From the NCBI GenBank assembly GCA_963666205.1, contig OY762654.1, positions 1,984,001 through 2,048,000 of the forward strand: 64,000 nt of DNA. The letters are read 5' to 3'. The DNA comes from Synergistales bacterium. GTDB taxonomy: Bacteria; Synergistota; Synergistia; Synergistales; JAFGMB01. Below the pieces are notes generated by a model that saw only the letters and a program-made list of their open reading frames with translations, made no database searches and had not been told where the DNA came from. Made by a program: the position numbers and the translations under genes. Positions 28,175 through 37,766 of this stretch are shown here, in pieces. Positions within the stretch are counted from its first letter, which is position 1. Each line of letters begins with the position of its first letter.

Positions 28175-29666
28175 CCATGGATTATGTCATTGGTCTGGAT
28201 ATAGGAACTACAGGTGTAAAATGTGCAGCCATTGATAGATTTGGGAACCTTCTTTTCGAAGGATTAAGAACACATGATGCCATTAATCTTTTCCCCGGGT
28301 TTGCTGAAGGGGATCCTGACATATGGTGGGATGAAAGTCTCGAACTTCTCAGTGAAGTAGTAGCGACCCTGGGTAAGGAAGGGGTAAGTGGGATCGGTGT
28401 ATCTGGAATGGTCCCCACTCTGATCCTTATTGACAGCAATGGGAAAGCTATCAGGCCATCCATACAGATGAATGATTGCAGAGCAGTTCGCGAAATTGAG
28501 GAATTGAAAGATCTGATCGACGAGGATGAGTATTTTCAGCGATCAGGAAATATGATCAACCAGCAGGTTATTTTCCCCAAATATCTTTGGTTACAAAGAA
28601 ATGAACCTGAAAACCTGAGCAGGGCAAAATATATCATGGGCTCCTACAACTACATTACCTTCAAGCTCACCGGAGTTCCCGGTCTTGAACTGAACTGGGC
28701 TCTTGAGAGTGGGATGTGGTCCCTGCAGGATGATCAATGGATCCCTGAGATTCTTGACAGTGTCGGTTTTGAAGATTCCCTGTTATCTCCTGTTTACTCC
28801 CCCACGGATATTGTTGGAAGAGTGACCGGGGAGGTTTCGAATATTACGGGACTTCCAAAGGGAACTCCTGTAATTGCCGGTTCTGCCGACCATATTGCTT
28901 CAGCTCTTGCTGCCGGAATGAACAGGGTGGGGGATCTGCTCCTCAAATTTGGAGGGGGAGCGGATATACTTGTCGTTTCGGACAGGCCGGTCACTGATAA
29001 ACGGCTTTTCATCGATTACCACGATGTCCCGGGCATGTATATAGTGAACGGCTGTATGGCCTCAAGCGGTTCTGTTATTAAGTGGTTCTCTGAAGATATT
29101 TCTGGAACAGACTATTCTGTCCTGAGCAGAATGGCCGAGAAGTCCCCTCCGGGATCTAAAGGTCTTATTACTCTTCCATATTTTCTGGGAGAGAAGACCC
29201 CCATTTTCGATATCAGGGCCAGGGTACTATCCTGGGGTTGACCCTGTCCCACAACAAGGGGGATATTTTCAGGTCCCTCCTCGAATCTGTAGCATTCGGC
29301 TTCAGACATCATCTTGAAGTTATGGAAGAAATGGGAATAGTTCCGGGGAGAGTGTTCATGACGAACGGCGGTTCCAGGAATAAGCTATGGAGGTCGATAA
29401 CGGCGGACGTGGTCGGTCATGATGCGGTCTATCTTGAAAAACATACCGGTTCATCTCTGGGGGCGGCCTTCCTGGCGGGCATCGCTACAGGTGTTTATCA
29501 TTCGTGGGATCAGATCGGATCATTTATGCAGGATAAGGTTATTGTAAAAAGTGATCCGATGAATCATCGGCTTTATTCCAGGTATTTTCAGATCTATAAG
29601 GATCTTTATAGAAATAACAGGAAATCATTTTCTGATCTCTTTGAACTTGAAAACCAGATCTCCTGA
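28171..29666 (+). pseudogene. FGGY-family carbohydrate kinase (xylulokinase-like) split by a 1-bp frameshift
   Basis: GLDIGTTGVK, GSADH, LPYFLGEKTP in the first ORF; LESVAFG, NGGSR, SSLGAA in the second. Adding one G at 29221-29224 restores ARGTILGLTLSH. Confidence 0.82.
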
Positions 29667-29717
29667 GTCAGCTATTACAGATCGGAATAGAAATAAGGCC
29701 TATCAATAGTGGCTTAT

Positions 29718-30686
29718 CTATTCGCGTGTTCGGATAAGGCGCTTGATCTTTTTGCTGATATCGGCATTTTCCAGGGATAGAACGATAACAGCTAAAAAGA
29801 TCAGAATTCCGCCCTTGAAGGCGTTAGCAGAGGGTATCTCGTTGAGAAATATCCATGACCAGAACATGGCGAAGGGTATCTCAGTCATTGAAACGATTGC
29901 TGCGACCCCTCCAGAAACGACCCGAAGAGAAAGCATCAGGATGGCGTATGCTCCCATGGCAGGGAATAGGGTTAGGTACAGAACGGATAACCAGGCTTGC
30001 CAATCCTTTATTAATATTCCCTTTATCTGCCCTGTGGCCATAACGCATATCCACAGACAGCCAGCTCCCCAAAGAAACATCTGGACGTAAGCCTTGAAGG
30101 GGTCAGTTTTTCCCATTACATGTCTGCCGTTAAGTACATAAACTGCATAACCCAGACCTGATCCCAATGCACCCATGAATCCCAGGATATTATATGGTTG
30201 AAGCCTGATCCCTCCAACGGCAACCCACACTCCCCATATTCCTATAATAAGGGCCAGTATCCTGAACCGGGTCACCTGTTCTTTCCAGAAGATCTTTCCA
30301 AGGACTATGACCCATAATGGTGCTGTATTGATAAGAAGGAATGTCAACCCTATGGGTATGCGGCCCATTGCAAAAGCAGAAGCGCTGGTGCAGACCGCTA
30401 CTCCGAAAAGCCCGCTTACAAGGCAGGGAATTCTTTCTTTTCTGTTTACCAGGAGAGCATCTTTGCGGCCCCTTGAAAGTGATACAGCCACCATGATCAG
30501 AGAAGCTAAGGTAGCTCTTAAAGTTGCAAGAACAAGGGGTGTCATGCCGTGGGAATAACTTGTTCTTACCGGAATTCCTGCAGATCCCCATATTGCTCCG
30601 GAAATTATCAGGGATAAAACTCCAATAACGTAACTTAAATCCCGATGTGAATAATTATCGGTGCCTGTTGAACTTCGTGTCATCAT
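29718..30686 (-). CDS. EamA/DMT family transporter (paralogue 2)
   Basis: Clear paralogue of 21199-22179. Confidence 0.9.
   Translation of the reverse strand: MMTRSSTGTDNYSHRDLSYVIGVLSLIISGAIWGSAGIPVRTSYSHGMTPLVLATLRATLASLIMVAVSLSRGRKDALLVNRKERIPCLVSGLFGVAVCTSASAFAMGRIPIGLTFLLINTAPLWVIVLGKIFWKEQVTRFRILALIIGIWGVWVAVGGIRLQPYNILGFMGALGSGLGYAVYVLNGRHVMGKTDPFKAYVQMFLWGAGCLWICVMATGQIKGILIKDWQAWLSVLYLTLFPAMGAYAILMLSLRVVSGGVAAIVSMTEIPFAMFWSWIFLNEIPSANAFKGGILIFLAVIVLSLENADISKKIKRLIRTRE
29800..29936. repeat. 137-bp perfect direct repeat copy 2
   Basis: Identical to 21290-21426. Confidence 0.95.
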
Positions 30687-31663
30687 TTGTATTTGCCCCT
30701 TGCTTTTATAAGATCTTGTAATGTTTTCTTCAGTGAGATGTTTTCCAGCGAAAGAAGAACAACTGAGCCAATTATAAGCATTCCGCCTGTGATAGCAGTG
30801 GGTAACGGTACCTCACCCAGGAATATCCATGTCAATAACATGGAGAAGGGTATCTCTGTCATGGATACTATCGCCGCCACTCCGCCCGGAATTACCCTCA
30901 ATGCCAGCATGAGAATGGCATAGCCTCCGATATCGGAGAAAAGGGTGATGTAGATAACTGACAGCCAGGCCACCCTATCCCTTATGAAAAGAAACCTTAT
31001 CTGCCCTGTCAGGATCGTTGCTATCCAGAGACAGAGAGCTCCCCAGAAAAACATCTGAATATAGGCTTTTAAAGGATCTTTTTTCCCCATTGCATGTTTG
31101 CCGTTAAGAACATAAACAGCGTATCCGAATCCTGCACCCATGGCTGCTGTTACTCCCCAGAGATTGTAAGACTGGAAACCAACTCCGCCTGCGGCTACCC
31201 AGATACCGAAGATGCCAACCATAAGGGATATCAGCTGGATCCTTGTAACTCTTTCTTTCCAGAAGATCCTTGCCAGTACAATGACCCAGAATGGTGCCGT
31301 GTTTATCAGAACAAAAGTAAGTCCGACAGGTATTCGCCCCATTGCCAGGGCTGCAGCTGTGTTGCAGACCGCCACTCCGAAAAACCCGCTTACCAGGCAT
31401 GGCAGTATCTCTTTTTTTTGAATAATGAACGCATCTTTTCGCCCTTTGCGGAATGTGAATATCCCCATGATAATTGAAGCAATTGTTGCTCTGAACAGGG
31501 CCAGGGTAAGAGGTGTCATTCCATGGGAATAACTTATTCTTACTGGAATTCCTCCTGATCCCCAGAGAGCACCGGATATTACAACAGCGCTAATACCTGT
31601 AACATAGCGAACCCCGGGGTATGAACGGTACATGTCCTTTAACGGCAATACTCTGAAATTCAT
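30683..31663 (-). CDS. EamA/DMT family transporter (paralogue 3)
   Basis: Same motifs (PVRISYSHGMTPL, LINTAPFWV, SMTEIPF); stop overlaps the start of paralogue 2. Confidence 0.9.
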   Translation of the reverse strand: MNFRVLPLKDMYRSYPGVRYVTGISAVVISGALWGSGGIPVRISYSHGMTPLTLALFRATIASIIMGIFTFRKGRKDAFIIQKKEILPCLVSGFFGVAVCNTAAALAMGRIPVGLTFVLINTAPFWVIVLARIFWKERVTRIQLISLMVGIFGIWVAAGGVGFQSYNLWGVTAAMGAGFGYAVYVLNGKHAMGKKDPLKAYIQMFFWGALCLWIATILTGQIRFLFIRDRVAWLSVIYITLFSDIGGYAILMLALRVIPGGVAAIVSMTEIPFSMLLTWIFLGEVPLPTAITGGMLIIGSVVLLSLENISLKKTLQDLIKARGKYK

Positions 31664-31863
31664 GTGAAATATCCCTTTTTTAGTTATGAAAAGCCTGGAA
31701 GCTGCTGTTCCTGCTTAATATAACATTCTAAAGGATCATTCTTCTAATCTGTGGCGATAGATCTTTCAGAAAACGGGTTTTTAAGGTCATTAAAGATTAT
31801 GGAAATTTTATCTACGCTGACGTTATAATAGGATTGCTATCTAAAGCATAAGGAGGGGCGAAA

Positions 31864-32655
31864 ATGGAATCTGGACTCAAAAATAAAGTAGTCCTGGTCA
31901 TGGCTTCAAGTTCCGGGCTTGGTAAGGCCATCTCAAGGCAATTCATCCTGGAAGGGGCCAGGGTGATGATGGCAAGCCGGAGCTGGAAAAAACTGGAGAA
32001 AGCGGCTGAGGAAGTAAGCAGGGAAATGAAAAACAAGGCCCTCTACAAGGCCTGTGATATAACAGATCCCAACCAGATCAGGGATCTAGTTGCCACCACA
32101 GCTAACGAGCTGGGCCCTGTATCTGTCCTTGTAAATAATGCCGGAGGACCTCCTGCCGGAAGCTTTGACAGCTTTGGGGACGAAGCCTGGCAGAGTGCAT
32201 TTGAACTTAATCTCCTCAGTTATGTCCGTACCATAAGGGAGGTCATTCCCTTTATGAAAGAGCAGGGGTGGGGAAGAATAGTCAATTCAACATCCACCTC
32301 CGTAAGGCAGGTAATTGAAAATCTCATTCTTTCAAACACCTTCAGGCTTGGAGTGATAGGACTGACCAAGACTCTTTCGCAGGAGCTTGCCCCCTGCAAC
32401 ATACTCATAAATGCCATCGGACCAGGCAGATTCGACACGGACAGGATAAGGCAGCTGGACAAAGCTCTTGCTGAAAAAAACAATCTGTCTGTGGAGGAAG
32501 TTGCAAAAACTTCCCTGAGCCGTATTCCCCTCGGGCGCTATGGAGATCCTGTTGAATATGGGAAACTTGCAGTATTTCTATGCTCAGAGGCGAATACCTA
32601 TATTACCGGCCAGACCATAATGGCCGATGGAGGAATGACCAGAGCCGTGCCCTAG
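31864..32655 (+). CDS. SDR family oxidoreductase (atypical, FabG-like)
   Basis: ASSSGLG, NNAGGPP, LSNTFR in place of YxxxK, YITGQTIMADGG. Confidence 0.9.
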   Translation: MESGLKNKVVLVMASSSGLGKAISRQFILEGARVMMASRSWKKLEKAAEEVSREMKNKALYKACDITDPNQIRDLVATTANELGPVSVLVNNAGGPPAGSFDSFGDEAWQSAFELNLLSYVRTIREVIPFMKEQGWGRIVNSTSTSVRQVIENLILSNTFRLGVIGLTKTLSQELAPCNILINAIGPGRFDTDRIRQLDKALAEKNNLSVEEVAKTSLSRIPLGRYGDPVEYGKLAVFLCSEANTYITGQTIMADGGMTRAVP

Positions 32656-32781
32656 GGAGTCCCATTCTCATATAACCAAAGAGGTGTATAACTGGGAAAA
32701 TATATCCCTGTCCCTGTCCCTGCCCCTGTCCCCTGTTCAGAGATAATTCCATTGTATTGACAAGATCGGCCAGAATTTTAT

Positions 32782-32838
32782 CGCGAAAAACATCTACAGA
32801 TATTATCTGTTATGGAATTTCGGTGGATGTTTTTCGCG
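32782..32838. repeat. 13-bp inverted repeat with 31-bp spacer upstream of the RpiR promoter
   Basis: CGCGAAAAACATC ... GATGTTTTTCGCG. Confidence 0.8.
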
Positions 32839-32912
32839 TAAATAGTCTAAACATTGACAAATATTCTCCTGATATTTAATATATGGGAGAATTATCTCCA
32901 AAGGGGTGTCCT

Positions 32913-33803
32913 ATGGATATTATTTCAAAACAGGATCTGACCCGGTTCATCTCAGAACATTCATCAGCCCTGACATCCAGGCAGAGGGATCTGGTGGATT
33001 TCATTCAGAAAAACCTTAACCGCACGGCCTTTATGAATTCCCTTGAAATTGCCAGAGAGGGCAATGTAAGCAATTCTACAGTGATCCGTCTGGCCCACAG
33101 GCTTGGATTTTCCGGTTTTCCCGAGTTCCAGAGTTTTCTGCAGGGTGTTGTTCAGGGTCAGCTTCACTCCCTGCAGAGATATGAGGGATCCGGCAAGACG
33201 GGGAAAGATGTAATCCTTTCCAGCAGGGTCCTGTCCCTTGAACACCATGTTCTGGCTGAGATGGAGCAAAGGCTCTCCGAAGAGGCTCTTCAGAAGGCTG
33301 TTGATCTCCTGGAACATAGCAGGCATATATTTGTGGCAGGATTTCTTGCCAATGCCTGTCTTGCAGAGTATATGGCCTATTTTCTCGGTATTATGCGCGA
33401 GAACGTACGTCTATTGCGGTCTATGGACAGCAATACCTTCAGCGATATCAAGGATGGAGAAAAGAATGCAGTGGCTGTTATTTACAGTTTTCCCCGCTAT
33501 CCTTCGAGAACCCAGACATTGACAGAAGCTCTGAAAAAGAGAGGTATTACTGTTATCGGAATCACCGATGGTCCCCTTTCCCCCCTCGCACCCCTTGCAG
33601 ATATCCTTCTTGAGGCACCCATGAAGTTCATTTCATTCATTGACCCCTGTGCCGGGGCCTTTGCTCTGACACATTATCTGCTTACTTCTCTTTACCTTCG
33701 AGATCCTTTAAAGATGAGGGAAAGACTGGCGGAATTCGAAGACTTTTCCTCTACAGAAGATCTTTTTGTGAGAAAAGACCTGGACATTGTCCGGCTACTT
33801 TAG
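32913..33803 (+). CDS. RpiR/MurR family regulator
   Basis: AFMNSLEIAREGNVSNSTVIRLAHRLGFSGFPEF, SFPRY, ITDGPLSPLA; start uncertain (32883 or 32913). Confidence 0.9.
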   Translation: MDIISKQDLTRFISEHSSALTSRQRDLVDFIQKNLNRTAFMNSLEIAREGNVSNSTVIRLAHRLGFSGFPEFQSFLQGVVQGQLHSLQRYEGSGKTGKDVILSSRVLSLEHHVLAEMEQRLSEEALQKAVDLLEHSRHIFVAGFLANACLAEYMAYFLGIMRENVRLLRSMDSNTFSDIKDGEKNAVAVIYSFPRYPSRTQTLTEALKKRGITVIGITDGPLSPLAPLADILLEAPMKFISFIDPCAGAFALTHYLLTSLYLRDPLKMRERLAEFEDFSSTEDLFVRKDLDIVRLL

Positions 33804-33849
33804 CCATTAAGAAGGGTGGAAGTAATACAAATAGAAGGAGGTATGTTTC

Positions 33850-34833
33850 ATGGAATTGCTGTGCATCTCGGAAGCCCAGATAGAATCACTGGGTATTTCT
33901 GTAGCAGAAGTTATGGAAGTTGTCGAAAAGGGCTTTGTTTTTAAAGGTGAGGGGAAGATGGAACTGCCCGCCAAGATCGGCATTCATCCCCGCCATGACT
34001 GTTTTATCCATGCTATGCCCTGCTGGGTGGGCGGTGATGTGGATGCGGCAGGGATCAAATGGGTCGCCGGTTACCCCATCAACCAGGCTAAAGGGCTTCC
34101 TTATATCACGGGAGTCTTGTGTCTGAACGATTCCGAAACGGGCTTTGTGAAGGCAATTATGGATGCCAACTGGATCACGGCCTGGAGGACCGGGGCAGCT
34201 ACGGGCGTCTGTGCTAAATATATGGCTGACCCCGATTCAGAAGTTATCGCCGTAGTAGGGCTTGGGGTTCAGGGTTGGACGAATACCATGGCCCTGCTGG
34301 AGGCTCTTCCCAAGGTCAGGGAGATCCGTGTATATGACAAATTCCCTGAGCAGGTCGCAAAGTACGAGAGCAGGGTAAAACCAGGCATAGGTAAAGCACG
34401 AATAGTTCCCTGCACCGACGTGAAGGAGACGGTTAAGGGTGCTGATGTGGTAGTAACATGTACACCTATAGTGGCCGACCCTGAGCGTTTTGTCAGGTCT
34501 GAATGGCTTAAGGAGGATGTACTTACCGTTGCAGTCGATTACGACTCAGCCTTTGATGCGGATGTAATGACCGGTGCGACTTCTTTCGTCTGTGACGACA
34601 TGAACCAGTATCTATGGACCCAGGAGCAGGGAGTCTATTTCCAGAAGGGATATCCGAAAAAGGAACAGATCCTGGGAGATATGGGTCATCTCTGTGCTGG
34701 TATCAGAAAATCTGCTCCAAAGGGTCGCCGTGCCGCTGTGCTCATGGGTATAGCAAGTCACGATATGATGACAGCCAACCTGATCTATAAAAAGGCCCTG
34801 GAGAAGGGCATCGGAGGTAAAGTCGAGATCTGA
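33850..34833 (+). CDS. Ornithine cyclodeaminase/mu-crystallin family oxidoreductase (paralogue C)
   Basis: FIHAMP, GIKWVAGYPIN, ITAWRTGAA, GLGVQG, MGIASHD. Confidence 0.9.
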   Translation: MELLCISEAQIESLGISVAEVMEVVEKGFVFKGEGKMELPAKIGIHPRHDCFIHAMPCWVGGDVDAAGIKWVAGYPINQAKGLPYITGVLCLNDSETGFVKAIMDANWITAWRTGAATGVCAKYMADPDSEVIAVVGLGVQGWTNTMALLEALPKVREIRVYDKFPEQVAKYESRVKPGIGKARIVPCTDVKETVKGADVVVTCTPIVADPERFVRSEWLKEDVLTVAVDYDSAFDADVMTGATSFVCDDMNQYLWTQEQGVYFQKGYPKKEQILGDMGHLCAGIRKSAPKGRRAAVLMGIASHDMMTANLIYKKALEKGIGGKVEI

Positions 34834-34860
34834 TCTCCGATAAGGATAGAAAATATTAAA

Positions 34861-34899
34861 AGGGGGAGAAACCGCTTATGGGGTTTCTCCCCCCTCTTT
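34861..34899. terminator. Intrinsic terminator
   Basis: GGGGGAGAAACC...GGTTTCTCCCCC followed by T residues. Confidence 0.75.
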
Positions 34900-35033
34900 G
34901 TGCTGGAGGTTCAGTGGGTATATAGGTCTGCTGGAAGGATGATCTCCCCGGATACCTCTGATCTAAACCATGAGTTTTGTTATATCACCCGCCGGCAAAA
35001 CCCTGATGTATATTTCAATCCAGAATATTTCCG

Positions 35034-35927
35034 TCAGAGGGAAATATCGTAATCAACGAGAAGCGGAGCCAGTTTATCCAGTTTTCTGGTGGCATCGGCT
35101 TTTTTCTGTCTGCCTATTTCGACCACAAGGGCATCTATAACAGTCATAAGAGAGACAGTGGAGTAATGGCTGGTATTCTGAGGGCAGAGAAGGAGTTCTG
35201 TAGCCATTGGAGCAGCAGGACTTGACAGGCTGTTTGTTATAAGGACAGTAGGTATTCCGTTTTCCCAGGCAAATTTCACAGCTCCAATGGTCCTTTTGGT
35301 ATAGTGAGGGCTGCCTGCCATTAGGGCAACGAGAATATCGTTTTTTGACATATCCATCATGACATCAAGCATATTATCTGTTCCCGAAGAATCCACAAGG
35401 AAAATATCAGGCAGGAACTGATGGAGGAGAGCATGAAAATAGGTAGCCAGCCCTTTGGTAGATCTTAATCCTATTATGTAAATCCTTCTTGCGGATGAAA
35501 TAAGTTCCACAGCTCTGGGGAAAGTGTCGGAAAGATGACGACTTCTCAGGCTTTTAAGATTCTGTATATTCTCCTCTATTACCTGATCCAGGATATTGAC
35601 CTGTTCCTTATCGGCAAAAGTGTCTCTCAGCCTGTCCAGGGGTGGAATGCTGGCACTGTACAGGACTCTTTTCAGCTCTTCCTTAATTGCTGTAAAATTT
35701 TTGTACCCAAGACTGGAGGCTATCCTTAGAACTGTAGCGATACTGGTTTCGGTCTCTTTTGCTATCTCTTCAGCTGTAAGAAAAGCAGCCTGCTGGTAGT
35801 TATTAAGTATCCATTCACAGATTACTCGCTGTTGTGACGGTAGATTATTCTTAGCTGTCCTTAACTGCTGAAATATTCCTCCGGTGAAATCACCTGGACT
35901 CTTTTTGCTCTGTTGTTTTTGTCCCAC
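35034..35927 (-). CDS. RpiR/MurR family regulator
   Basis: AAFLTAEEIAKETETSIATVLR, IIGLRST, LITNSLSSP; divergent from the TAXI operon. Confidence 0.9.
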   Translation of the reverse strand: MGQKQQSKKSPGDFTGGIFQQLRTAKNNLPSQQRVICEWILNNYQQAAFLTAEEIAKETETSIATVLRIASSLGYKNFTAIKEELKRVLYSASIPPLDRLRDTFADKEQVNILDQVIEENIQNLKSLRSRHLSDTFPRAVELISSARRIYIIGLRSTKGLATYFHALLHQFLPDIFLVDSSGTDNMLDVMMDMSKNDILVALMAGSPHYTKRTIGAVKFAWENGIPTVLITNSLSSPAAPMATELLLCPQNTSHYSTVSLMTVIDALVVEIGRQKKADATRKLDKLAPLLVDYDISL

Positions 35928-36222
35928 TGGAGAGCCCCCCTTTTGTAATTATTTTACACTATTCTTATTGTATAAAAAATACAATTATGTTCATGATTTC
36001 ACTTAATTGACAACTATTCCTGTGAAAAGTATATTCAACCTATGATATCTTTCATATCATTTCCATGAAATATGCAATGTCTATATATCAATATAAATGA
36101 AAGTATGCAAAATCACTCTCTCTTGCTGATGTCAAGTCTGAATATTGAAGATGTTATTGCAATAATGGCACCAAAGGAACATTCATTGGATAAAAAATCA
36201 AAAAACAGGAGGAATAGGCGGA

Positions 36223-37170
36223 ATGAAAAAAGTTGCAGTAGTTATGCTCGTTGTAACATTGATCGCTTTTGCGGGAATAGCGGGTGCTGTTGAGAGGCTA
36301 TCTCTTGCCACAGGTGGAACAGCTGGAACGTATTATCCCATCGGTTCAGGAATTGCTTCCATTATCTCAAAACATGCTGATGGTATAGAGATAACAGCCG
36401 AATCAACAGGTGCTTCTGTTGCAAATCTCAAGATGTTAAGGGCTCATAAGATTGACATGATGCTTGGTGCATCAAACACCTCATGGGGTGGCTATAACGG
36501 TCATGCTCCCTTCGATGATAATGCTGTCAAGAACATCAGGGGGATCGCCTGTCTTTACCCGGAAGTCTTCCAGTTCATAACCCTTAAGGATTCTGGAATA
36601 AAGACGATTTATGACCTGAAGGGCAAAAAGGTTGCCCTGGGTGCTGCGGGGAGTGGTACGGAGAGAACAAGTAAAATGGTCTTTGAAGCCCACGGGATGT
36701 CCTATGAAGACTTCGATGAACAGTTCCTCAATTTTGGAGAAGCTGTAACCGCACTCAAGGACAGGATCATTGATTGTGCTGTAGTAGGTTCTGGAGCCCC
36801 AACATCAGCTGTTGTAGATGCCACTGCTACTCTTGATATCACTTTTGTAACCCTCGACCAGAAGGCTATGGAAGTTTTCTGTGCAGACAGACCTTATCTT
36901 GCCATGATGGTTCTTCCAGCAGGAACATATAAAGGGCAGGATCAGGATGTTCCTGTAGTAGCTAGTCCCGCCATATTCAGTGCCAACGACGAAATGAGCG
37001 AAGACCTTGTTTACAGGATCACGAAAGCTCTCTGGGAAAATATCGACGAACTTGCTTCTGTTCATGCCCAGGGAAAGAATGTGAAGCTTGAAACTGCACT
37101 GAGTGCGATGTCAGTCCCTCTTCACCCGGGTGCTGAGAAATATTACAAAGAAGTTGGACTTTTGAAATAG
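36223..37170 (+). CDS. TAXI-type TRAP transporter solute-binding protein
   Basis: ATGGTAGTYYPIG, STGASVAN, GAAGSGT, VPLHPGAEKYYKE. Confidence 0.95.
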   Translation: MKKVAVVMLVVTLIAFAGIAGAVERLSLATGGTAGTYYPIGSGIASIISKHADGIEITAESTGASVANLKMLRAHKIDMMLGASNTSWGGYNGHAPFDDNAVKNIRGIACLYPEVFQFITLKDSGIKTIYDLKGKKVALGAAGSGTERTSKMVFEAHGMSYEDFDEQFLNFGEAVTALKDRIIDCAVVGSGAPTSAVVDATATLDITFVTLDQKAMEVFCADRPYLAMMVLPAGTYKGQDQDVPVVASPAIFSANDEMSEDLVYRITKALWENIDELASVHAQGKNVKLETALSAMSVPLHPGAEKYYKEVGLLK

Positions 37171-37179
37171 TTCTTTCGC

Positions 37180-37213
37180 AACCAGGAGGTGTCGAAAAAG
37201 ACACCTCCTGGTT
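37180..37213 (+). terminator. Intercistronic stem-loop after the solute-binding gene
   Basis: AACCAGGAGGTGTC-GAAAAA-GACACCTCCTGGTT. Confidence 0.7.
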
Positions 37214-37244
37214 CATATTATTTGAACAATAGGACGGTTTTATC

Positions 37245-37766
37245 TTGAAACGAATCTTTCTCGGTCTGGGGATATTTTTCATTTTTCTTCTATGGTTATC
37301 CAGGCCCGTTCTTTTTATAGAAGTGAAAAACTTCAATACAGGTCAGATCCTTTATCGCAGGCATGTTGAGCCTGGTTACACTTTTGCTACCCTTATAAAA
37401 CATTCTGTTCACCTTACACCAGTGTATGAATACTACAGAATAGAGGGGGATGGAAAGATCGTTATTACAGGTACCAGATTTCAGGATCTGGGATGGGGAG
37501 TACCAAGTACTTTTGATTATGATTTCAAATTTGAAAATGATTTTATGGTCATTGAAAACATCAACAGACCCATTGAATTTGTTCCCTACAGGATCAGTTA
37601 TATAGCCTGTCCGCACCTGCTTCTCGATGACTGTGAAAGAGATATAGACCTGGTCAAGCTTTTTGAAAACTGGGACCGAATTGATATTTACGCTAAAAAA
37701 GAGCCTTATATTTCTTATATTTCAAGAGGTGAAATCGATGTTTTTCCGAAAAAAGAAGCAAGATGA
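37245..37766 (+). CDS. DUF1850-like protein (TAXI-associated)
   Basis: N-terminal TM; HSVHLTPVYEYY, FQDLGWGVP; typical position between TAXI and permease genes. Confidence 0.75.
   Translation: MKRIFLGLGIFFIFLLWLSRPVLFIEVKNFNTGQILYRRHVEPGYTFATLIKHSVHLTPVYEYYRIEGDGKIVITGTRFQDLGWGVPSTFDYDFKFENDFMVIENINRPIEFVPYRISYIACPHLLLDDCERDIDLVKLFENWDRIDIYAKKEPYISYISRGEIDVFPKKEAR

Noticed and set aside
29215-29245. Programmed ribosomal frameshift in the FGGY kinase
   Set aside because: No X XXY YYZ slippery heptamer is present and I know of no precedent in this family.
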